From Bacilli bacterium (GTDB lineage Bacteria; Bacillota_I; Bacilli_A; RF39; UBA660), in contig JBKDZP010000002.1 in NCBI GenBank assembly GCA_047971315.1, positions 7,118-71,117 of the forward strand: a DNA stretch of 64,000 nucleotides, read 5' to 3'. Positions 1-11,302 of this stretch are shown one piece after another (position 1 is the first letter of the stretch; every line of letters starts with the position of its first letter). The notes beneath the pieces are model-generated. The model was not told where the DNA came from, searched no databases, and saw nothing but the letters and a program-made list of their open reading frames with translations. Both the position numbers and the translations under genes were made by a program.

Positions 1-1141
1 AGAAAATATTCTAAAACCAACTTATGGTATTATTGTTTATCAAGAACAAATAATGCAGATATCAAGTAAAATGGCTGGATATAGTTTAGGTGAAGCAGAT
101 GTTTTAAGAAGAGCAATAGGTAAGAAAAAACATGAACTTATGATTAAAGAAAAAGAAAAATTTATTCAAAAATCAATTGCTAGAGGATATAGTAAAAAAG
201 ATTCAATTTCAGTTTTTGACTTAATTTTAAAATTCGCATCCTTTGGATTTAATAGATCTCATTCAGTTGCATACGCTATTATTGCTTATAAAATGGCATA
301 TTTAAAAGTTAATTATCCAATATGTTTTATGACATGTTTATTAAATATTAATGTTGGTAGTGAAATAGATAGTAAAAATTATATATATGAGTCAAAAATG
401 AGTGGTATTGAGATTAAGGGTCCAAATATTAATCTGAGTAGTGATAGATATGTTATATTAGAAAAAAAAATAATTTATCCATTGTCTAATATCAAAGGAA
501 TTGGGGTAGGGACTGCTTTAAACATAATTAAGGAAAGAGAATTTAATAATTTTACGGATATATTCGATTTTATAAAAAGAGTAAATAGAAAAGTAATAAC
601 TAAAAAAGTATTACAAAATTTGATTTTATCAGGAAGTTTTGATACATTTGGCTATACTAGAAAGACTTTAATGGATAATATTGATATTTTATTAAATTAT
701 GGAGAATTAGTTAATGAAATTGAAGAAGAGTATGTTTTAAAACCAGTTTTAGAAAATACAAAAGAATATTTGAAAAAAGAACTTTTAGAATATGAATTAG
801 ATGTATTTGGATTTTATTTAACCAATCATCCTGTTACTGAATATAAGGTTAAATATCAAAATTGTATCGATTTAAATATGACATCAAATTTTTTTGATAA
901 GATTGTCTTTGTAATTGGATTAGTAGATCATAAAAGAGAAATTAGTACTAAAAAAAATGAAATTATGTGTTTTTTAGATATAAGTGATGAAATAGGTAAA
1001 TTAAGTGTTACTATTTTTCCTAAAATTTATCAAAGTATTGAAGAAATCAAAATAGGAGATATTGTTATAGTTAAAGGAAGAATAGAAAAAAGATTTGATC
1101 AATTTCAATTAATTTGTTCAGAAATGAATATTATTAAGTAA
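1..1141 (+). CDS. dnaE: DNA polymerase III alpha subunit, C-terminal part (5' end outside window)
   Basis: Frame is open from the window start (…TYGIIVYQEQIMQI); motifs EADVLRRAIGKK and FASFGFNRSHSVAYA; C-terminal OB fold. Confidence 0.95.
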   Translation, partial: ENILKPTYGIIVYQEQIMQISSKMAGYSLGEADVLRRAIGKKKHELMIKEKEKFIQKSIARGYSKKDSISVFDLILKFASFGFNRSHSVAYAIIAYKMAYLKVNYPICFMTCLLNINVGSEIDSKNYIYESKMSGIEIKGPNINLSSDRYVILEKKIIYPLSNIKGIGVGTALNIIKEREFNNFTDIFDFIKRVNRKVITKKVLQNLILSGSFDTFGYTRKTLMDNIDILLNYGELVNEIEEEYVLKPVLENTKEYLKKELLEYELDVFGFYLTNHPVTEYKVKYQNCIDLNMTSNFFDKIVFVIGLVDHKREISTKKNEIMCFLDISDEIGKLSVTIFPKIYQSIEEIKIGDIVIVKGRIEKRFDQFQLICSEMNIIK

Positions 1142-1404
1142 AATAAATAAAGGATCAACTATAAAAAATTTATTCTTATTTTTCTACACGTACAAATGTT
1201 TTAATAAAATAATTTTGGTGATAAATTGAAACATATTATTCTACATAATGAAAATGAATATTGAAAATCCAAAAGATTATTTAAAAGAAAAGTCTGGTTT
1301 TGATATAATAAGTAAAACAACAATAAGCAAGAGTATAAAATCAAAAAAAATTTAAATAGTAGGTATTTATGTTATACTTAATTAGTAAATAGGAGTGATT
1401 AATA

Positions 1405-3552
1405 ATGAATAAAGATATAATTAAAGAGATTAGTTTAGATTTAAAAATAAAAGAAAATCAAATAGAATCAGTTTTAAAATTATTAGAAGAAGGTAATACC
1501 GTACCTTTTATAGCAAGATATCGTAAAGAGGCAACTGGAAGTTTAGATGAAGAACAAATTAGAAAGATTAATGAAGTATATGAATATCAAGTTAATTTAC
1601 TAAAAAGAAAAGAAGATGTAATCAGATTAATTGATGAAAAAGGAATGTTGACAGATGAATTAAAAAGTAAGATTATGTCTTCTCTTAAACTAATTGAAGT
1701 AGAAGATTTATATCGTCCATATAAAGAAAAACAAAAAACTAAAGCAACAGAAGCTATTAATTTAGGACTAGAACCATTAGCAAAAAAAATAATGTCTTTT
1801 CCAATTATTGGTAATTTTAATGATTTAGCAGTACCTTATATAAAAGATGGTGTTGAAAATGTTGAAAATGCAATACAACAAGCATCATATATAATTGCAG
1901 AATGGTTAAGTGATAATGCATCTTATCGTAAAATGATTAGAATTTTTATTTACAATACAGGTGTACTTACTACAAATAAAAAGAAAAATTCAGAAGATAT
2001 AAATAAAGTATATGAAATGTATTATGATTATAAAGAACCTTTAAAAAATGTTAAACCACATCGTGTACTCGCACTTAATAGAGGTGAAAAAGAAAAAATA
2101 CTTAATGTTTCAATTGATATTGATATATCTAAAATTATAGAAAATTTAGAAAATAGAATTATTAAAAATTATGATTCATTTGTAGTAGATGTAGTTAAGA
2201 ATGCTATATTAGATAGTTATAAAAGATTAATATTTCCAAGTATAGAAAGAGAAATAAGATCAGAATTAACTGAGAGTGCTGGAATTGTTGCTATTGATAA
2301 CTTTGGTAAAAATTTAGAAAAACTTTTACTACAACAACCAATGAAAGAAAAAATAGTTTTAGGATTTGATCCAGCTTATCGTACAGGGTGTAAGTTAGCT
2401 GTTGTTGATTATACAGGTAAAAAATTAGATATAAAGGTAATATATCCACATGAACCTAGAAATGAAAAAGAAAAAAGTAAGCAAATTTTACTGGATTTAA
2501 TTAATAAGTATAATATTGATATTATTGCAATAGGTAATGGTACTGCCTCAAGAGAAAGTGAAACTTTTGTTGCTGATGTAATAAAAGATTCTAAAAGAAA
2601 AATTGAATATATAATTGTAAGTGAAGCAGGAGCTAGTGTTTATTCAGCATCTAAGTTAGCAATTGCCGAATTTCCAGAATTACATGTAGAAGAAAGAAGT
2701 GCTATTAGTATTGGTAGAAGATTACAAGATCCACTTGCTGAACTTGTTAAAATAGATCCTGAAAGTATTGGAGTTGGTTTATATCAACACGATGTAGCAT
2801 CTAAAAAATTAAGTGAGTCATTAGATTTTGTCGTAAGTAAAGTAGTAAATCAAGTAGGAGTTAATATTAATACAGCTAGTTTAAGTTTGTTTAAATATGT
2901 TTCTGGTTTTACTAAAAAAAATATTGATAAGATTTTAGAGTATAGAGATTCTAAAGGGAAAATAACTTCTAGAGATGAGTTAAAAAAGAAAAAGTTATTA
3001 TCCGAAAAAGTATTTGAACAAGCAATTGGATTTTTAAGAGTAGTAGATGGTGATAATATTTTAGATAGCACCGGAATTCATCCTGAAAGTTATAATATAA
3101 CTAGTGAATTATTGAAATTGTTGGATTGTTCTTTAAAAGAAATTGGTAGTGAAATATTGATTAATAAACTTGAAAATATAAATATAGATGAGTATTCTAA
3201 AAAATTAAATACAGATAAGTATACCCTAGAAGATATAATTTTGTCTTTGAAAAAACCAAATAGAGATCCAAGAGATGAAATGCCAAAGCCAATTTTAAGA
3301 AGTGATATTCTTCATTTGGAAGATTTACAAGTTGGAATGAAATTACAAGGTACTGTTCGTAATGTAGTTGATTTTGGTGTATTTATTGATATTGGACTTA
3401 AAAATGATGGCTTAGCTCATATTTCAAAGTTGACAGATAGATATATTAAACATCCTATGGAAGTAGTAAATGTTGGTGATATAGTAGACTGTTATGTTGA
3501 TGAAATATATTTAGATAAAAATAAAGTTTCATTATCTTTGTTAGAAAAATAA
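1405..3552 (+). CDS. tex: Tex-family RNA-binding transcriptional accessory protein
   Basis: GNTVPFIARYRKEATG, DPAYRTGCK, AIGNGTASRE, IGVGLYQHD; C-terminal S1 domain. Confidence 0.95.
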   Translation: MNKDIIKEISLDLKIKENQIESVLKLLEEGNTVPFIARYRKEATGSLDEEQIRKINEVYEYQVNLLKRKEDVIRLIDEKGMLTDELKSKIMSSLKLIEVEDLYRPYKEKQKTKATEAINLGLEPLAKKIMSFPIIGNFNDLAVPYIKDGVENVENAIQQASYIIAEWLSDNASYRKMIRIFIYNTGVLTTNKKKNSEDINKVYEMYYDYKEPLKNVKPHRVLALNRGEKEKILNVSIDIDISKIIENLENRIIKNYDSFVVDVVKNAILDSYKRLIFPSIEREIRSELTESAGIVAIDNFGKNLEKLLLQQPMKEKIVLGFDPAYRTGCKLAVVDYTGKKLDIKVIYPHEPRNEKEKSKQILLDLINKYNIDIIAIGNGTASRESETFVADVIKDSKRKIEYIIVSEAGASVYSASKLAIAEFPELHVEERSAISIGRRLQDPLAELVKIDPESIGVGLYQHDVASKKLSESLDFVVSKVVNQVGVNINTASLSLFKYVSGFTKKNIDKILEYRDSKGKITSRDELKKKKLLSEKVFEQAIGFLRVVDGDNILDSTGIHPESYNITSELLKLLDCSLKEIGSEILINKLENINIDEYSKKLNTDKYTLEDIILSLKKPNRDPRDEMPKPILRSDILHLEDLQVGMKLQGTVRNVVDFGVFIDIGLKNDGLAHISKLTDRYIKHPMEVVNVGDIVDCYVDEIYLDKNKVSLSLLEK

Positions 3553-3719
3553 ACTTAAAAATATTAATAGTGTTAGATTTCATGTTTAATTGATACCTAA
3601 TTTTGTATTTAATAAAATTTATTTTTGATAGTTGGCTCAATTATTTTGTAAAAAAAAAATTTTTTGTCTAGATTTCACAACTTAAAATTTAAACAATGTT
3701 TATAATTTATAAAAATATT

Positions 3720-3748
3720 AAAAACTTAATCTTTTAGATTAAGTTTTT
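3720..3748. terminator. Bidirectional intrinsic terminator between convergent tex and radical SAM gene
   Basis: aaaaacttaatc-tttta-gattaagttttt inverted repeat. Confidence 0.7.
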
Positions 3749-3796
3749 GTTATATAAAGTTGCTTTCTAAAGAAATAAGAATAAAATTATTATTGT

Positions 3797-4723
3797 TTAA
3801 ATGTTTATTCCTTGATAACTATTTCTTCTAACCATTTCTTTATCAATATCATTAATTATACTAACTTTTTTGATTAACCAGTTTGGTTCAATTAAATCAG
3901 ATACTTTTGGATCACCTGTAATTCTATGTATTACAATATCATCTCTTAATAATTCTAATTGATCACAAACTATATCAATATATTGTTCTTTAGAAAGTAA
4001 ACTAAAAGGTTTTTCATTATATATTTGATATAATTTAGTATCTTTTAAGATGGATAACATATGAATCTTTATCCCTTGAATATCTAATTTATTAATATAC
4101 TCTACAGTATCTATCATCATTTCTTTAGTTTCAAAGGGAAGTCCATTGATAATGTGAACGACGATATTAATATTTCTTTTTCTTAATTCAAAAACACATT
4201 CTTCAAAACATTGTAAACTATGACATCTATTAATAAAATTAGAAGTAGACTCATGTATAGTTTGAAGACCTAGTTCAATTGTTAAAAAAGTTTTAGTATT
4301 TAATTGGCTTAAGTAATCATAAATTTCTTTAGTAAATGCATCAGGCCTAGTCGCAATTGATAAACCAATAACATTATCTAAGTTCATTATAGTTTCATAT
4401 TTTTCTTTCAAAATATGAAGTGGAGCATAAGTATTTGTATTTGCTTGAAAATAGCCAATGTATTTAGCTTGTGGCCATTTTTTCAACATCATATTTTTTA
4501 CTGAATTAAATTGAGTAATTAAATCATCTGATTTTTCACCACCATATTCACCACTACCTAATTTAGAACAATATATACAACCACCAAATCCTGATTTACC
4601 ATCTTTATTAGGACATGTAAAACCAGTATTTAAACTTACTTTAAATACTTTAGAATTGAATTTTTCTTTATAATAATAGTCAAGTGTATGATATCTTTTA
4701 TTGTTATATGAATATTTAAACAT
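3797..4723 (-). CDS. TIGR01212 (YhcC/YtqA-like) radical SAM protein
   Basis: GFTCPNKDG…GGCIYC, YFQANTNTYAP, ATRPD, ELGLQT. Confidence 0.9.
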   Translation of the reverse strand: MFKYSYNNKRYHTLDYYYKEKFNSKVFKVSLNTGFTCPNKDGKSGFGGCIYCSKLGSGEYGGEKSDDLITQFNSVKNMMLKKWPQAKYIGYFQANTNTYAPLHILKEKYETIMNLDNVIGLSIATRPDAFTKEIYDYLSQLNTKTFLTIELGLQTIHESTSNFINRCHSLQCFEECVFELRKRNINIVVHIINGLPFETKEMMIDTVEYINKLDIQGIKIHMLSILKDTKLYQIYNEKPFSLLSKEQYIDIVCDQLELLRDDIVIHRITGDPKVSDLIEPNWLIKKVSIINDIDKEMVRRNSYQGINI

Positions 4724-4845
4724 GTAATCACTTCCTAATTAATTATAACAATAAAAATGTTAAATTGTGAAAAAATAATGAAATTTATTAAAAAATGTTT
4801 ATAATTCAATGTTTATTTGCTATAATTGTTATGGAGGTAAGGAAA

Positions 4846-6309
4846 ATGAAAAAAAATAGTTTATTGAAAGCTATAGGTATTGTATTTGCAGTGTATGTAG
4901 TTTTAAGTTGGATTATTCCAACAGGATATTTTTCAAGTGGTGAGTTTGCTACAGATGCAACAGATCCAGTTGGACTTATTGATTTGATAAAATATCCAGT
5001 TATTACATTTACTAGTTCAGTATTTGTTTTAACAGCACTAAATTTATTAATTATTGGAGGATTATATGGAGTTTTAAATAAAACTGGTGCATATACTAAA
5101 ATAATTGATGGAATAGTAAAAAAATTCAAAGGAAAAGAAAAAAAATTCTTAATAATATCAATTATGGTATTTGCTATTTTAGCATCGTTAACAGGATTAA
5201 CTACACCATTATTTGTATTAGTTCCATTTTTTGCAGCAATATTACTATTATTAGGATTTAATGGTGTTGTTACATTACTAGGAACTGCTGGAGCAATTTT
5301 AGTTGGTAATATGGCTTCAACATTTGGATTTAATATTAATGGATATATTACATACTTTTTATCAGTAGGTATGAATGATTCATTGTTATATCGTTTTATT
5401 TTCTTAATAATTACTTTAGTTTTATATACATTTGTTGTATTAAAAATTACAGATTCTAAAGAAGGTAAGGTTAGTAAAACTAAAAAAACTAGTAAAAAAC
5501 CAACTAAGAAAGAGGAAAAAAATACTGATGTATTAGTAATACCTTTTTATACACCAACTACTAGTTCTAATAAAAAAAGTGTAAAACCAATAATTATAAT
5601 TGGCGTATTAGCAATGATTTATATATTAGTAGGTATGTACAATTGGTCAATAGGACTTAACGTAACATTCTTCGATGATATATATGAATCAATAATGAGT
5701 TTTGAAATAGGCGGATATACAATTTTTGCAAATATAATTGGTACTGTTGATCCAATCGGATATTTGTCAAATTATGATTTAGCAGTAATTTTATTATTTG
5801 TTACAGGAGTAATTACTCTTATTTATAAAATAAGTTTAAAAGATGCTGTTAATGCATTTGTTGATGGTGTTAAGAAAATGGTACCAGTCGCTTGTTATGC
5901 AGTTGCTGCTTGTATTATATTCTTACTTATGAATTCATCATCTTCAGGATATACAATTTTTGCAACAATTTCTAATTTCTTTTTAGAATTAACAGATGGA
6001 TTTAATGCAATTACAATGGGTATTGTTTCAGCTATTGGAGGATTATTCTATAATGATTTTCCATATATGTTAAATGCATTATATAGTAAATTTTCAGTTT
6101 CATATACAGAGTTTACTTTAATAGGTATGATTGGTCAAACAATGCATGGATTAGTTATGTTAATTGCTCCAACAAGTATTATTTTAGTTGCAGGATTAAC
6201 TTATTTAAATGTTTCTTATAAAGAATGGTTTAAAACTATTTGGAAATATTTATTATATGCATTAGGTACTATAGTATTTATAATAGTTATAATGCTTATA
6301 TTCGCATAA
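4846..6309 (+). CDS. YfcC/ArcD-like multi-pass membrane transporter
   Basis: About 12 hydrophobic segments; LSWIIPTG, GVLNKTGA, APTS…L…VSYKEWFK; start placed at the ATG after GGAGG. Confidence 0.7.
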   Translation: MKKNSLLKAIGIVFAVYVVLSWIIPTGYFSSGEFATDATDPVGLIDLIKYPVITFTSSVFVLTALNLLIIGGLYGVLNKTGAYTKIIDGIVKKFKGKEKKFLIISIMVFAILASLTGLTTPLFVLVPFFAAILLLLGFNGVVTLLGTAGAILVGNMASTFGFNINGYITYFLSVGMNDSLLYRFIFLIITLVLYTFVVLKITDSKEGKVSKTKKTSKKPTKKEEKNTDVLVIPFYTPTTSSNKKSVKPIIIIGVLAMIYILVGMYNWSIGLNVTFFDDIYESIMSFEIGGYTIFANIIGTVDPIGYLSNYDLAVILLFVTGVITLIYKISLKDAVNAFVDGVKKMVPVACYAVAACIIFLLMNSSSSGYTIFATISNFFLELTDGFNAITMGIVSAIGGLFYNDFPYMLNALYSKFSVSYTEFTLIGMIGQTMHGLVMLIAPTSIILVAGLTYLNVSYKEWFKTIWKYLLYALGTIVFIIVIMLIFA

Positions 6310-6643
6310 TTTATTTAAAAGATTACATTTAGTAATCTTTTTTATTCTTATATTTTATACGAAATTAAACATTTTTATTGATTAATGATAGATGCAATAC
6401 ATAATTAAATTGTAGATGAGTAATAATGAAAATTATTTAGTTGAGGAGAAATATGATATTTTTTTTTTGATGTTAGTTGTATGAAATGTGTAATAATGCA
6501 GAAAAAATATAGTCATGAAAAATATAAACAAAAGATAAGTTTAAGTTTAAAATATTGTATTTTTAATTTAGAATTAGTCTTTTTATTTTAGTTAATTTAT
6601 GGTATATTTTATATAGGAATAAAAAAATATAGGGGAGTGACTT

Positions 6644-7327
6644 ATGGACACTAATTTTTATGTAGCCATTTTAAATAATCATAGTAAGTCACTTACTAAA
6701 GCATCAAGTGAAATAGATAAATTGACTAATTTAATTTATAAACTTGAATCTGAGTTCTCAGTAAAATATGAAAATTATCATAAGCAATTAGACTTATATT
6801 ATAAAAAAGTAGAAATTGTAGGAAAAGATGGAAATTTAGAACAAGCAAAATTTTATAATCAAACTCTATATTTTTATGAATTTAAAAATTATGATATAAA
6901 TAGATCTAAGTTAGATTTAAAAATTAAAAATTTAAATAATTATATTTCAAGATGTAATTATTATAAAGAATTTATAACAAGTTATAAAAAAAATGATTTA
7001 ATAGAAGCTAATCATTTTTATAGAATATTTATTGATACTATACAATTAGAAGTATTAATGAGAATTGATTGTGAAATAAATAATATAACTAACAAACTAC
7101 AATATCATAGTGCTTTAAGTAGGGTTGTATTATTAATAAATAAATATGAAAGTATGTTATTAACAAAAAATGAAATTATAGAAATTAATATCAAAATAAA
7201 TAATTTAAAAACAAAAAAAATTGAATTTAAAACAATGTTTAATAATGAAAAATTTGATTTAAAAATAGATTTGGAATTTAGTAATTATGATCCATTTAAA
7301 GTAATAGAAGAAGTTTATAAAAAATGA
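6644..7327 (+). CDS. Hypothetical protein
   Basis: 227-aa ORF with RBS GGGGAG; no recognised motif. Confidence 0.6.
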   Translation: MDTNFYVAILNNHSKSLTKASSEIDKLTNLIYKLESEFSVKYENYHKQLDLYYKKVEIVGKDGNLEQAKFYNQTLYFYEFKNYDINRSKLDLKIKNLNNYISRCNYYKEFITSYKKNDLIEANHFYRIFIDTIQLEVLMRIDCEINNITNKLQYHSALSRVVLLINKYESMLLTKNEIIEINIKINNLKTKKIEFKTMFNNEKFDLKIDLEFSNYDPFKVIEEVYKK

Positions 7328-7335
7328 GGTAATGT

Positions 7336-7968
7336 ATGAAATACAAAATAAACAATATAGAATATGACGTTGAAATTGTAAGGAAAAGCAATAAAAATAC
7401 CTATATTAGAGTTAAAGATGATTTAATTATAACAGTTACAACTAATTATTTTGTATCTAAAATACAAATACTAAAATTATTAAAAGAAAATGAATTATTT
7501 TTAAAAAAAGCACTAAGTAAAAGAAAAAATAATATTGAAAAAGAATATTTATTTTACTTTTTAGGAAAAAAATATGATATAATTATTATGCCAATAAATG
7601 ATATAGACATAATAGAGGATAGAATTTATATATCAAGTAAAGATAACTTAAATAAATGGTTAAAAAAACAAACAGAAACTATATTTAAAGAAAGAATTGA
7701 TTTTTGGTATAATAATTTTGAAGAAAATATTCCTTATCCAATAATGAAAATTAGAGATATGAAAACAAGATGGGGAGTATGTAATCGTAAAAATAATTCA
7801 ATTACCATAAATTTTCAATTAATAAAATATGATATAAAATATATAGATTATGTAGTTATACATGAATTATCACATTTTATTCATTTTGATCATTCTAAAA
7901 ATTTTTGGAATTTAGTAATAAAATATTGTCCAAATTATAAAAAAATAAGAAAAGAACTAAAAAATTAA
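7336..7968 (+). CDS. YgjP/DUF45 (SprT-like) zinc metallopeptidase-family protein
   Basis: MKTRWGVC, IDYVVIHELSHFIHFDHSKNFW. Confidence 0.9.
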   Translation: MKYKINNIEYDVEIVRKSNKNTYIRVKDDLIITVTTNYFVSKIQILKLLKENELFLKKALSKRKNNIEKEYLFYFLGKKYDIIIMPINDIDIIEDRIYISSKDNLNKWLKKQTETIFKERIDFWYNNFEENIPYPIMKIRDMKTRWGVCNRKNNSITINFQLIKYDIKYIDYVVIHELSHFIHFDHSKNFWNLVIKYCPNYKKIRKELKN

Positions 7969-7980
7969 GAAGGTGTTATA

Positions 7981-9183
7981 TTGAAAAAGTTTGCTAATGT
8001 ATTATTATTAATTGTATTTTTGTTTCCTTATTTAACCCCTATACAAGTAAAAGGAAAAACATTACAGGATTTAAAAGATGAACTTGAACAACAACAAATT
8101 GAACTAAATGAAAATCAAATTCAAAAAGAACTAACTGAACAGCAAATTATTAATATTAATTCGAAAATAAAAAATGTTGAAGCTCAAATTAATCAAACTT
8201 ATAGTGACATAGAAACATTAAACAATGAAATAGTTACATTAAATAATCAAATTGAACAAAAAAATAAAGAAATAAAGGAATTACTTAGATATATGCAAGT
8301 GTCTTCTGGGCAATCAGCATATTTAGAGTATATATTTGGAGCAACAAGCTTTACAGATTTTATTTATAGAGTTGCTGTTTCAGAACAATTAAGTGAATAT
8401 AATAATAAACTAATTGATGAATTTAATAAAATGATTGAAGCAAATGAAACAAAACAAAAAGAAATTGAAAATAAAAGAGTAGAATTAGGTGCTCAACAAG
8501 TTGAATTAGCTACTCAAAAAAGTCAACTAGGAACAGACTTGGAAAGCTTGACTTCTACTAGTATTGATATAGAAGATGAAATTGAATATCAAAAGGAGAT
8601 TATTCAACTTTATGTTGATAAGGGATGTAGTGATAATGAAAATATTGCGACATGTGGTAGAAAGACATTGCCAGCTGGAACTGCATTTTTTAGACCATTA
8701 CAAAGTGGTTATATAACTAGTGAATGGGGTTATCGTAATTTTGCTGGAAATAGTTGGCATGAAGGAATTGATCAAGGTTCTAAATCAACAGCAGATCCAA
8801 TATATGCAGTAGCAAGTGGAATGGTTGCAACTATATTTGTTAGAAATTCATGTGGTGGAAACATGGTTGTAGTTCATCATAATGTAAATGGAAAAAATTA
8901 TACAAGTGTCTATGCCCATTTAAAAACAATTACTGTAACTAGTGGTCAAACCGTTAATAAGAATACTCAAATTGGTACTATGGGTGGTGGTTCAGATACT
9001 CAAAGTTATGATAAATGTACTTACGGACAACATCTTCATTTAACGATTGCAACAGGATTATATGGTATTGATTATAGCCGTTGGTCTGATATGAATTATA
9101 TATATTCTATTAATCCTAGATCAGTAATTAATTATCCATCTGGAACATATAATCCTTGGGATGATAGATTGACAGCATATTAA
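7981..9183 (+). CDS. Secreted coiled-coil M23 peptidoglycan endopeptidase (CwlO/PcsB-type N-terminus)
   Basis: Signal peptide, coiled coil, YLEYIFGATSFTDFIYR, HEGID and HLH M23 motifs. Confidence 0.85.
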   Translation: MKKFANVLLLIVFLFPYLTPIQVKGKTLQDLKDELEQQQIELNENQIQKELTEQQIININSKIKNVEAQINQTYSDIETLNNEIVTLNNQIEQKNKEIKELLRYMQVSSGQSAYLEYIFGATSFTDFIYRVAVSEQLSEYNNKLIDEFNKMIEANETKQKEIENKRVELGAQQVELATQKSQLGTDLESLTSTSIDIEDEIEYQKEIIQLYVDKGCSDNENIATCGRKTLPAGTAFFRPLQSGYITSEWGYRNFAGNSWHEGIDQGSKSTADPIYAVASGMVATIFVRNSCGGNMVVVHHNVNGKNYTSVYAHLKTITVTSGQTVNKNTQIGTMGGGSDTQSYDKCTYGQHLHLTIATGLYGIDYSRWSDMNYIYSINPRSVINYPSGTYNPWDDRLTAY

Positions 9184-9456
9184 AAGTTACTTTATCAAAT
9201 AGTGTTGGTGAAGTCAATACTTAGATAAATGAGTACAAGAATAGGGAGTTCATAAAGAATTCTCTTTTTTGATATAATTTTATAGGATTCAATAATCCCT
9301 TTATTTATATTTTTCTCATTTTAAAATGTTTAAAAAATTTTTTTTATAAAGAAAAAAAGAATGAGTAAAATTGTAAAAATTTTAATAAGTGAAAATAGAA
9401 AATTGAAATTTAAGTGAAATTAGTGTTATACTAAAAATAAAGATAGGAGAAGTAAA

Positions 9457-9594
9457 ATGAAGTATACAAATTTTAAACAACAAGGTTTTACATTAATAGA
9501 GTTATTAGCAGTTATAGTAATATTGAGCCTTTCAACCAGACTGTGTCTGACACGGTTAGTTTTCATGGCTAATGAAAATCAAGAGGGAATTTAG
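9457..9594 (+). pseudogene. Truncated type IV prepilin gene (only the N-terminal 23 codons are homologous)
   Basis: MKYTNFKQQG|FTLIELLAVIVIL then unrelated sequence; 9423-9524 is highly similar to 44329-44430; not in the ORF track. Confidence 0.85.
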
Positions 9595-9743
9595 AAAAGA
9601 TAATTAAATAAAAAAAATGTAACGTCTAAACAAGAAATATATTATTTCAAAGGTATTGATGTCTACTAAACAGTATACCATCACAATAATCCTTTTTTAT
9701 TTGCAATTTAATTTAATTTTTCGTATAATTATTATTAGTTAGG

Positions 9744-11279
9744 ATGATTTATATGGAAAACTCTAGAATAAAAAATTCAATTAGAAATTCAAGTGTTTCT
9801 TTAATAACACAAATATTAACGGTTTTAATTAATTTTATTGTTAAAACTGTATTTATTAAGATGCTAAGTAATGAATATTTAGGTATAAATGGATTGTTTT
9901 CCAATATAATTACAATGCTATCATTAGCTGATTTAGGTATTGGCATGGCTATACCATACAGTTTATATGAACCATTAGCTAAAAATGATAAGAAAAGAAT
10001 AAAAATATTAATGAAATTTTATTCTAAAATTTATAATATTATTGGAATAGTTGTATTATTAATTGGTTTATCATTAATACCATTTTTAGAATTTTTAATC
10101 AAAGATATTCCAGATATTAGTCATTTAGGATTTATTTATTCTTTATTTGTTTTACATTCAGCTTCTAGTTATTTCTTTATTTATAAAAAGTTTTTGGTAG
10201 ATAGTGATCAATTAAGTTATATTACATCTAGAATTGTTTTTATATTTTCAACAATACTTTCTGTTGTTCAAATAATTATTTTATTATTATTTAAAAATTA
10301 TATTTTATTTTTATTTGCTAGCGTAGTATTTGTTGTATTACAAAATTTGGTTATTTCTAGTAAAGTTAATAAGATGTATCCATATATTAAAGATAAAGAA
10401 GAAGGCAATTTAAATAAAGAAGATGTTAAAGATATTACTAAAAATGTTTCATCATTATTTATTTATAAGGTGGGTACAGTTATTACTAATGGTACCGACA
10501 ATATTGTTATTTCTAAGTTTATAGGACTTATTGCTGTTGGATTTTATTCTAATTATTTATTAATTATTAATTCATTAAATAATATAGTAAATCAAATATT
10601 TAATTCAATTACTTCTAGTATAGGTAATTTGGTTGTGACTACAAATTCAAAAAGAAGTTATAGAATTTATGAAAACTTGAATTTTTTTAGTTTTTGGTTA
10701 TATGGTTTATGTTCAATTTGTATAATGGTGATGATCAATCCATTTATTAGTTTATGGATAGGTAGTGAATATACTTTAGGTATTGAAGTTGTATTTTTAC
10801 TAGCATCAAATTTATATACAATGGGTATGCAAAATGTGACAAATTCGTTTAGAAATTCATATGGACTTTTTTATATTGCAAGATTTAGACCAGTAATTAT
10901 GGTCATAATAAATATTGTTGTATCAATTCTTTTAGTACAATTTATTGGTATAGCCGGAGTAATTATTGGAACTATATTTAGTAGATTAGTTACAACTACC
11001 TGGTTAGATCCATATATTGTACATAATCATGGATTTAAAATTTCTCCAAAAAAATATTATTTAAAATATAGTTTATATTTATTAGTTTTTATACTTACAA
11101 ATTGGATTGTTTACTTTGTAACTTCAAAGATTATTATTTCTAATATATTTATGTGGATATTAGTTGGTATAATTTCAGTTGCTTTAGTAAATATTATATT
11201 TTTATTGATATTTTTTAAAACTTCAGAATTCAAATATTTTTATAATAAAATTATTAGTAAATTTCGACAATTTAAATAA
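9744..11279 (+). CDS. Wzx/MurJ-superfamily polysaccharide flippase
   Basis: YLGINGLFSNIITMLSLADLGIG, TDNIVISKFIGL; about 14 TM segments. Confidence 0.85.
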   Translation: MIYMENSRIKNSIRNSSVSLITQILTVLINFIVKTVFIKMLSNEYLGINGLFSNIITMLSLADLGIGMAIPYSLYEPLAKNDKKRIKILMKFYSKIYNIIGIVVLLIGLSLIPFLEFLIKDIPDISHLGFIYSLFVLHSASSYFFIYKKFLVDSDQLSYITSRIVFIFSTILSVVQIIILLLFKNYILFLFASVVFVVLQNLVISSKVNKMYPYIKDKEEGNLNKEDVKDITKNVSSLFIYKVGTVITNGTDNIVISKFIGLIAVGFYSNYLLIINSLNNIVNQIFNSITSSIGNLVVTTNSKRSYRIYENLNFFSFWLYGLCSICIMVMINPFISLWIGSEYTLGIEVVFLLASNLYTMGMQNVTNSFRNSYGLFYIARFRPVIMVIINIVVSILLVQFIGIAGVIIGTIFSRLVTTTWLDPYIVHNHGFKISPKKYYLKYSLYLLVFILTNWIVYFVTSKIIISNIFMWILVGIISVALVNIIFLLIFFKTSEFKYFYNKIISKFRQFK

Positions 11280-11302
11280 AATAAAATGGTATATTAATAT
11301 AG

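Noticed and set aside
1227-1354. Small ORF-like stretch between dnaE and tex (similar stretches at ~6430-6590 and ~56780-56900)
   Set aside because: Too short and degenerate, with no recognisable homology; at most gene remnants.
9191-9271. Long hairpin plus terminator after the M23 peptidase as a possible sRNA or riboswitch
   Set aside because: No recognisable family motif or promoter; adequately explained as 3' UTR structure and terminator.
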